Translations under genes and position numbers: made by a program
Notes under the pieces: model-generated
The model's input: the letters and a program-made list of their open reading frames with translations, nothing else
Told to the model about the DNA's origin: nothing
Database searches by the model: none
Assembly: GCA_964502815.1 (NCBI GenBank)
Contig: CAZCXV010000006.1
Location: forward strand, 1 to 43,631
DNA: 43,631 bases
Reading direction: 5' to 3'
Source: an uncultured Gammaproteobacteria bacterium
GTDB lineage: Bacteria; Patescibacteriota; Microgenomatia; UBA8517
Part shown: piece by piece, positions 37,520 to 43,631 of the stretch
Layout of the letters: each line of letters starts with the position of its first letter
Numbering within the stretch: position 1 is the stretch's first letter

Positions 37520-37614
37520 GATGGCTTTTTTAGGGTTATTTTTAGCCTTGAAACAGACATCCACTGTTCCAAGCCTAGCTTGGAAGGGTGCATGAGCCTT
37601 GGTAACAAGGCATT

Positions 37615-38292
37615 ATGACAAAACTTATATTACATCTGCCATTTAGTCGCAAGCTTGAGCTAAAACTCACCAAAAGCAGGCTAGATGGCTCGTTGGACAA
37701 ATCTTTGATTCCAAGTTTAAAAGAGCTTAAAAACGTACGTGCCGGAAATAGGTTGTCTAGGCTCTTTAGACATATATTTGAACACAAAAGTATCAAAAAG
37801 ATCCTTGGAGGCAATATTGCTTTCGCAATTGTCGCTGTATCCTCATTGCCAGGATCTGCCAGCGCTATAACTATTCCAGAACAAACAAGCGTTATTATTA
37901 GGGCCTCAGAAACCCCGCTAACTACAAACATAGAGGGCGGAAGAAGCCCTGTTAAAGGGCTCAAGGTTACTCAAGGCTTTAGGTTTTATCACCAAGGAGT
38001 AGATCTGGACGGCCAAACTGGAGATGAAGTTAGGACAATAAAAGCTGGTAGTGTTTTGACGGTTATTTCTTCCGGATTTTCATACGGAAATCATGTCATT
38101 GTTGACCATGGAAATGGGGTCACTTCCCTATATGCCCATTTGTCTAAAATCCTAGTAAGGCAAGGCGACCAAATGTCTGCCGATCAACTTGTAGGCCTTA
38201 TGGGTTCAACAGGACGCTCTACCGGTTCTCATTTGCATTTGGAGGTAAGAGTGAACGGAAAAGCCGTAGACCCTCTAAAAATTATTCAGTAA
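37615..38292 (+). CDS. M23-family peptidoglycan metallopeptidase
   Basis: HQGVD (HxxxD), YGNHVIVDH, YAHLS and GRSTGSHLHLEV (HxH). Confidence 0.92.
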   Translation: MTKLILHLPFSRKLELKLTKSRLDGSLDKSLIPSLKELKNVRAGNRLSRLFRHIFEHKSIKKILGGNIAFAIVAVSSLPGSASAITIPEQTSVIIRASETPLTTNIEGGRSPVKGLKVTQGFRFYHQGVDLDGQTGDEVRTIKAGSVLTVISSGFSYGNHVIVDHGNGVTSLYAHLSKILVRQGDQMSADQLVGLMGSTGRSTGSHLHLEVRVNGKAVDPLKIIQ

Positions 38293-38312
38293 CCTGGATA
38301 TTACTGTAGGTT

Positions 38313-38631
38313 TCAGGACTTCAAAAGATCAAAGCCTTCATTCCAGTTCTCATCCAGTACTTTCCAGATATACCAACTGGCAACTGTTCGATAAGGTTTC
38401 CAGTTTTTTGATATCTCAACCATTTGCTCATTTATCATCTCTGACTTGTTAAACAGTTTTTTCATCCCATTTCTAATTCCCAAATCTCCAATTGGAAAGA
38501 TATCTGGTCTGGCAAGTGTAAACATTACACTTATCTTTATGGCGAATGGCAATTCCACACGAACCATACTTTTTAATCAAAGGTCCAATGTATTTGTCCT
38601 GAGAAAGATATTTTTCCGCTTCTTGCCACAT
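38313..38631 (-). pseudogene. DNA-3-methyladenine glycosylase II (AlkA-type) pseudogene with internal deletion and frameshift
   Basis: ATG 38631 gives MWQEAEKYLSQDKYIGPLIKKYGSC (AlkA-type N-terminus). It joins, out of frame near 38525-38530, to MFTLARPDIFPIGDLGIR...WKPYRTVASWYIW. The central QQLS and GIG-W-T segments are missing. Confidence 0.78.
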
Positions 38632-38648
38632 GTAATAATATTACTTTA

Positions 38649-38676
38649 TTGACAAGTCAAAACACCAGAATAAAAT
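38649..38676 (+). promoter_or_regulatory. Sigma70-like promoter for the 38686 ORF
   Basis: TTGACA (38649-38654), 16 nt, TAAAAT (38671-38676), then ATG 9 nt later. Confidence 0.55.
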
Positions 38677-38685
38677 AGACTGTAA

Positions 38686-39201
38686 ATGTCAACAGAAAAC
38701 GATTTAGATAAATTAAGATACAATGCCGAAGTGTTTATCTCAGAATATTTATATCCGTTTATATATGAGCAATATCTAGAAGCAAATATAGGTAAAACAA
38801 TTGAAGATGAGGAAATTTTAGACCGAAACGATATCGACTTACTGGACAAACTTAGACACCTAAAAGGTGAATTTGACAAAAAAGGCAGTCCGGTCAGTTG
38901 GAGTTATATCTGGGTTAGAACTGCAATAAGGTTAAATGCTATTAGTTGTCTAGTCCAATCAGATGTAAATGACTTAAACGAGCTAGATCAGAAACAAACA
39001 CAGACCCGCTCCATATTTGATTTAGCGGGAAGAGTTTACAACCTCAAACAAAGATTTAATGCCAACCATTTTCAATTGCGTAATAATCCTAAATTCTGGC
39101 TAAATGGCGGGTTGGTTTTCCTAAACATAGAAGGTCTTACCTGGAAATTAGCATTGGAAGAACCAGATTTTAGAGAAAAACTGGGAATCAATTACAACTA
39201 A
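38686..39201 (+). CDS. Hypothetical protein
   Basis: 171 aa ORF with its own promoter; no motif recognised. Confidence 0.62.
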   Translation: MSTENDLDKLRYNAEVFISEYLYPFIYEQYLEANIGKTIEDEEILDRNDIDLLDKLRHLKGEFDKKGSPVSWSYIWVRTAIRLNAISCLVQSDVNDLNELDQKQTQTRSIFDLAGRVYNLKQRFNANHFQLRNNPKFWLNGGLVFLNIEGLTWKLALEEPDFREKLGINYN

Positions 39202-39203
39202 AT

Positions 39204-39974
39204 TCACTTTGAACCGACAGTAATGACAATATCAAAAGTATTGGTTGACTTAAGAGCTTCGCCAATTTTTACTTTGTAGCTTTCAGCCAAGGAGTCTTTT
39301 AATTTGTCTATTGTCGCTTGATCTACAGTCTCTTTAGCTTGAATAACTGTGTCTGTAAAGTCGAAAGTGGAGGCATTTCCTGTACTGGCTACTTTAAAAC
39401 CTTGTTTTTCAATCAAAGCTTTTACTTTTCCAGCCTCCCCAATTTTTCCGCTACCGTTTAAAATACTCAATTTTAACTTTATTAAATCTAAACTGGCAGA
39501 AGGGCTTGCAGACGCTACAGGTGTCTCTGTCGGTTCCTGAATGGATAGTGGGGTAGGGGTAGGTAGAGGAGTATTTTTTACTGTTCCATTTGTATAGACA
39601 TATATTCCTCCTGCCAAAAGTGCCACCACTAAAGCCACCAAAACAACAATTAAAAAGATTGTTAATTTGCTCCCCTTTTTCTCAATAGGTTCAGGTGGAG
39701 GCGAAACTATACGAACATCAGTATTGACTTGTTCTGATCCAAACATTTTCTCAACTGGCTCCATCCCTTCAATATTTGAGTCTTTTGTTTCTTCTGACAA
39801 GATGTTTGATTCTGGTTTTACCTCTTCAGTTTTCTCGATTTCTTGTGACATTTCTACAGCTTCATTAGGAATATCGCTTTTTACTTCCGTTAAAGAATCT
39901 GGAGAAGGAACCTGTTCCCCATCAACTTCTTCAATAACAGCTCTTATTCTTTTCTTCTCCTGCGTTTCATCCAT
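39204..39974 (-). CDS. Stand-alone LytR_C-domain membrane protein
   Basis: Acidic disordered N-terminus, TM, PT linker, then ILNGSGKIGEA...GF....GNA...DIVITVG. Confidence 0.82.
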   Translation of the reverse strand: MDETQEKKRIRAVIEEVDGEQVPSPDSLTEVKSDIPNEAVEMSQEIEKTEEVKPESNILSEETKDSNIEGMEPVEKMFGSEQVNTDVRIVSPPPEPIEKKGSKLTIFLIVVLVALVVALLAGGIYVYTNGTVKNTPLPTPTPLSIQEPTETPVASASPSASLDLIKLKLSILNGSGKIGEAGKVKALIEKQGFKVASTGNASTFDFTDTVIQAKETVDQATIDKLKDSLAESYKVKIGEALKSTNTFDIVITVGSK

Positions 39975-39998
39975 TAATTAATTTTAATAGTTTTGGAG

Positions 39999-41633
39999 TT
40001 AGAAGTCCATTCCACCCATACCACCTGCTGGCATTTGAGGCAGATCTTTTTTGTCTTCTTTAATGTCTGTCACTAAAGCCTCTGTAGTAAGTAACATTTG
40101 GGCTACTGAAGCCGCATTAGTTAAAGCTGACTTGGTTACTTTTAATGGATCTAATATACCAAACTTGATCATTGAGCCAAATTCAGAAGTCATTACATTG
40201 TAACCATAATCATCTGTTTTTGCTTCTTCAACCATTTTTACGATATAGCCATCATCTTCCCCAGCATTTTTGACTAGCCATCTTAATGGTTCTGAAAGAG
40301 CTTGATAGACAAGATCAATGCCGATTTGTTCATCTTTAATGGCGCTTGTAAGCTTTGTCAGTACCCTTCTGGACCGAAGTAAAGCCACTCCCCCTCCAGG
40401 AACGATTCCCTCTTCAACAGCAGCTTTAGTTGCCCCTACTGCATCCTTGACTCTCTCTTTCTTTTCATTTAGCTCTATTTCAGTTGCAGCCCCAACATTA
40501 ATTACTGCCACACCGCCTGCCATCTTGGCAAGTCTTTCCTCCAGTTTTTCTCTGTCGAAGTCAGACTTAGTGTCAGCAATTTGGTTTCTAATCATATTTA
40601 TCCTTGCAGTTATTTGCTTTTTGTCCCCTTTGCCGCCAATAATTCTGGCATTGTCTTTGTCTGCCCAGACTTTTTCAGCTCTACCCAAATCAGTTACTTC
40701 AACCGACTCAAAAGTCCTGCCGGTATCCTCACTAATTACTACTCCACCCGTTAGGGTTGCAATATCAGCCAAATATTCTTTTCTACGGTCTCCAAAGCCT
40801 GGAGCTTTAATTGCCAAGACATTGAAGGTTCCCCTTAATTTATTTACTACTAAAGTTGCCAAGGCTTCTCCTTCAATTTCATCAGCAATAATTACTAATG
40901 TTTTTGAAACTTTGACAAACTTTTCCAGGAAAGGCAACAAGTCTTGGATAGAAGAGATTTTTTTGTCAGTTAGAAGAATATATGGTTCCTCCATCTCGGC
41001 TTCCATACGGTCTGCATTGGTGACAAAGTAGGCAGAGGCATACCCTCTATCAAACTCCATACCTTCTTTGTATTCGATCTCAATTTCAAGTCCCTTACCT
41101 TCTTCAACTGTTACAACGCCATCTTTGCCAACTTTTTCCAAGGCTTCAGCAATTTTTGCGCCAATTTCCGAGCTCCCCGCGGAAACGGTTGCTACTTGAG
41201 TTATTTCTTCATTGCCTTTTATTGGCTTGGCTATTTTTTTGAGTTCTGCCAAAACTTCACTAACAGCCTTCTCCATGCCTTTTTTCATAATCATCGGGTT
41301 GGCTCCAGCGGTAACATTTTTAAGTCCACCTTTGCTCATAATGTAAGCTAGAAGAGTTGAAGTTGTGGTTCCATCTCCGGCATTATCATTAGTTTTTGAA
41401 GCAGCCTCTTTAACTATCTGAGCTCCCATATTTTCAAATGGATCAGTCAGTTCAATTTCCTTGGCAACAGAAACGCCGTCATGGACAATAGCAGGTGCCC
41501 CCCATTTTTTATCCAGAGCCACATTTCTGCCTTTTGGCCCAAGAGTAGTTACAACTGCCATAGCCACAGCTTCAACTCCTTTAAGAAGGGATTTTCTAGC
41601 TTCATCTGCAAATTTTAGTTGTTTTGCTGCCAT
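39999..41633 (-). CDS. groL: Chaperonin GroEL
   Basis: [34 protein letters not shown] and GGM tail. Confidence 0.98.
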   Translation of the reverse strand: MAAKQLKFADEARKSLLKGVEAVAMAVVTTLGPKGRNVALDKKWGAPAIVHDGVSVAKEIELTDPFENMGAQIVKEAASKTNDNAGDGTTTSTLLAYIMSKGGLKNVTAGANPMIMKKGMEKAVSEVLAELKKIAKPIKGNEEITQVATVSAGSSEIGAKIAEALEKVGKDGVVTVEEGKGLEIEIEYKEGMEFDRGYASAYFVTNADRMEAEMEEPYILLTDKKISSIQDLLPFLEKFVKVSKTLVIIADEIEGEALATLVVNKLRGTFNVLAIKAPGFGDRRKEYLADIATLTGGVVISEDTGRTFESVEVTDLGRAEKVWADKDNARIIGGKGDKKQITARINMIRNQIADTKSDFDREKLEERLAKMAGGVAVINVGAATEIELNEKKERVKDAVGATKAAVEEGIVPGGGVALLRSRRVLTKLTSAIKDEQIGIDLVYQALSEPLRWLVKNAGEDDGYIVKMVEEAKTDDYGYNVMTSEFGSMIKFGILDPLKVTKSALTNAASVAQMLLTTEALVTDIKEDKKDLPQMPAGGMGGMDF

Positions 41634-41640
41634 TTTTTAT

Positions 41641-41925
41641 TTATTTAAGATAATGCACTATCGCTGCTAAATTCCTATTGGAATTGGGATATATCAATCC
41701 TTGCCTTCTTTGTATTTCTATTTTTAAGGTAGTGCCTTGATCCATAAAGGCATCCATATTAGTCGTTGCCAATTGGTACAATTCTTCCATCCTTTCTGCT
41801 TCAATTTTAGTCAAAACTCTCATTGCAACCTTTTTAACAGCCTTTGGACCTGAAATATCAGGATGCTCTTTAATATAATCATCTTTTTGTTTCTGCAATT
41901 CTTCTCTAAACCCTTCAATAATCAT
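41641..41925 (-). CDS. Small hypothetical protein, paralog A in the groES-groEL insert
   Basis: 94 aa, tightly spaced in the operon, and homologous to the neighbouring ORF. Confidence 0.78.
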   Translation of the reverse strand: MIIEGFREELQKQKDDYIKEHPDISGPKAVKKVAMRVLTKIEAERMEELYQLATTNMDAFMDQGTTLKIEIQRRQGLIYPNSNRNLAAIVHYLK

Positions 41926-41928
41926 AAA

Positions 41929-42234
41929 TTATTCCTCCGATTCTATACCCAATTTACCAGCTTTCATCTTGTCGACAACCTCCTGCCAGTATTCACCATA
42001 TTTCTCATAAGCAGGTGATTCATTTATTAGTTGAGATCTTCTTTGAACCTCGTCTACATATCGACCAGCTTCGCTAAATGGTATTTTACCTTTTCCGTAA
42101 AGCTCTGCCACAATTTTTCTTAAACTACCCTTAGCAACAGCTGCCGTTGCCTCGGGAGATGTATAATCGGGGTGCTGCAAAAGCCAAATATCTCTTTGCC
42201 TATGTAGATCATCTCTAAATCCTTTAAGTTCCAT
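41929..42234 (-). CDS. Small hypothetical protein, paralog B in the groES-groEL insert
   Basis: 101 aa from ATG 42234 (GGAGG 6 nt upstream; overlaps the groES stop). Its N-terminus aligns with paralog A. Confidence 0.78.
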   Translation of the reverse strand: MELKGFRDDLHRQRDIWLLQHPDYTSPEATAAVAKGSLRKIVAELYGKGKIPFSEAGRYVDEVQRRSQLINESPAYEKYGEYWQEVVDKMKAGKLGIESEE

Positions 42235-42562
42235 TTTTAACCTCCACTGCCAATATATCTTCAAATTTAACAAATAAATATTCACAGCCTGATATCTTTA
42301 CTTCAGTTCCACCCCATTTTTTATAAATTACCACTTCACCCTTTTTTGCCGGAGACGGTCTTGTTCCTTTGTCTGTTTGTTCATCAGCTCCTACTGAAAC
42401 TACTTTTCCTTTTTGAGGTTTTTCAGTTGAAGTGTCAGGTAAATAAATTCCAGAAGCGGTTTGAGTTTGAGCACCAACTGGTTCAATAAGCAAATAACCA
42501 GCAGTTGGTTTTAAATTTATTTTTGCAGAAACTGCAGATTCGTCAATATTTCCTTTTTTCAT
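42224..42562 (-). CDS. groS: Co-chaperonin GroES
   Basis: LKP...TASGIYLPD..EKPQKGKVVSVG...GGTEVK...EDILAV. Confidence 0.95.
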   Translation of the reverse strand: MKKGNIDESAVSAKINLKPTAGYLLIEPVGAQTQTASGIYLPDTSTEKPQKGKVVSVGADEQTDKGTRPSPAKKGEVVIYKKWGGTEVKISGCEYLFVKFEDILAVEVKNGT

Positions 42563-42574
42563 ATTCAGATTTGT

Positions 42575-42617
42575 AATTTAGCAAGAACAATTAGCATTGT
42601 CAATACCCGACTGCTAT
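42575..42617 (-). promoter_or_regulatory. groES promoter overlapped by a CIRCE-like operator
   Basis: Minus strand ATAGCAGTC-N9-CAATGCTAA (42617..42591) overlaps TTGACA (42603..42598). A 17-nt spacer leads to TGcTAAATT (-10 at 42580..42575). Confidence 0.75.
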
Positions 42618-42626
42618 TTATGTCTG

Positions 42627-43409
42627 CTATCCAATTTTTCTTGGGTGGAACTGGGCACGGGTCAAGCGAACGATCTCATTAGTAATTTTTCTTTTCATGT
42701 ACAAATACTGAAATTGAAACGCTAACTTCTCAACTGATCTTACAAAATTAAACTTTGAAGAGTCTGCAGAGTCTGACCCCGCAAATCTGGAAATAGTTAC
42801 TGCATTGGGCCAATAGTCTAAAATCCACTTGTTTTTGAAAAGAAATTTTTCAAAAGTGTTATTTTTATTTATTAATGGTTTTATTTGAACAATCTCATGG
42901 GCTGTAAACTCATTTCTATCTTTCCACTCCAAATCTCCTTCATCAAGCCAAAGGTTTAAACACAACTTGTCTTTTTCTTCCTTCTGGCCAGCCCGCCGTA
43001 ATTTAAAGCCAAATAGTTTTAGAAAAACCAGTACTATTCCCCTAGTTGTCCAAAGTGTCCTATTTTTAGTAATTAGCATTAAATCAATATCAGAAGCCTC
43101 CTCGGCATTATTCATCGCTAAGGATCCGGTTATGCCAACAAACTTAATGGTTGGAATATTTTCCAAAAAACTGGCCGCTTTACTAGCTAGAAGCAATTTG
43201 GTCCTGGAGATTTTTTCTCTTCTAATCCTATTTTTAAAATCAGGGATTTTAAAATTTGCCAACAGTTTATATCTTTGCTTTGGGAATTTCTTACCCACAG
43301 CCCATTTGTCCAAATCCTCCTTAGTTAATAGATAGTCAAATTTGGAGTGATAGACAAGAGAAGCAGTCTGATTACTGCTGAACTTGAGTTGTTGCTTGCA
43401 CCAGGCCAT
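42627..43409 (-). CDS. Pol-beta-superfamily nucleotidyltransferase-like protein
   Basis: VGITGSLA...SDIDLMLIT (GS..DxD) motif; also KLCLN and FTAHEI. Start uncertain. Confidence 0.7.
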   Translation of the reverse strand: MAWCKQQLKFSSNQTASLVYHSKFDYLLTKEDLDKWAVGKKFPKQRYKLLANFKIPDFKNRIRREKISRTKLLLASKAASFLENIPTIKFVGITGSLAMNNAEEASDIDLMLITKNRTLWTTRGIVLVFLKLFGFKLRRAGQKEEKDKLCLNLWLDEGDLEWKDRNEFTAHEIVQIKPLINKNNTFEKFLFKNKWILDYWPNAVTISRFAGSDSADSSKFNFVRSVEKLAFQFQYLYMKRKITNEIVRLTRAQFHPRKIG

Positions 43410-43631
43410 ATTTGGATAATACCTGATTTACGCCTTTAGAAACAGTTTCCAAAGTGTCGGCAACTTGCGCTCCAGCATTTACGGCATTTACTGCATCCTC
43501 AAAATATTTATTAATTTGGCTATTTATGCCAGTTGGCCCATCAAAAGTACGCGAGGCCAAATACCAGCTTTTTGCCGTCGGCGCTTGGTTTATAAAGGCC
43601 GAGGCAATCGGATCAGCCGAGACTAAGCTTG
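43372..43631 (-). CDS. 3' end of a gene entering from outside the window, likely an extracellular solute-binding protein
   Basis: Open to the window edge: ADPIASAFINQAPTAKSWY...INKYFEDAVNAV...VNQVLSKY, resembling sugar ABC SBP C-termini. Confidence 0.55.
   Translation of the reverse strand, partial: SLVSADPIASAFINQAPTAKSWYLASRTFDGPTGINSQINKYFEDAVNAVNAGAQVADTLETVSKGVNQVLSKYGLVQATTQVQQ

Noticed and set aside
40318-41031. 237-aa ORF antisense to groEL, and the many other short antisense or nested ORFs in the track
   Set aside because: They are shadows of well-supported genes on the other strand or frame, with no motifs or independent start signals.
42627-43409. Nucleotidyltransferase as an MNT-HEPN toxin-antitoxin or CBASS component
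   Set aside because: No HEPN or effector neighbour; it sits in a housekeeping context, so only the fold can be supported.
1-43631. Alternative genetic code (TGA=Gly, as in Gracilibacteria/Absconditabacteria)
   Set aside because: Conserved genes are full length in code 11, and TGA terminates genes at ATGA overlaps (e.g. 4231-4234, 31143-31146).

Overview
A gene-dense, AT-rich bacterial chromosomal segment read in the standard code (TGA used as stop). Gene content and style point to a Patescibacteria/CPR genome, probably Microgenomates (inference). It contains housekeeping genes (murJ, rpsT, metG, galU, groES/groEL, rmuC, two UvrD-family helicases, tRNA-Cys). It also holds a pilN/pilO-like operon that runs into three Ser/Thr/Pro- and Cys-rich surface proteins, and a large cell-surface glycosylation toolkit (five GT-C-type modules, GT2, LCP, WecA/TagO-like, UbiA-type DPPR synthase). 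Further genes include two FemAB paralogs and several small accessory inserts. No CRISPR array, rRNA or transposase was seen. Best leads: (1) a two-gene MOSC + divergent Ham1/RdgB operon that looks like an N-hydroxylated-purine detoxification module in a lineage not expected to make Moco; (2) two small, mutually homologous unknown genes inserted between groES and groEL under a CIRCE-overlapped promoter; (3) a shared PxAGI[AS]TPTL+TM C-terminal sorting-like signal on surface proteins; (4) a structured, terminator-like 5' leader before an M23 peptidase; (5) a wHTH-degenerate-Nudix regulator facing a VOC + atypical HhH glycosylase operon; (6) pervasive leaderless promoters. All family assignments come from motif recognition by eye, not database searches.
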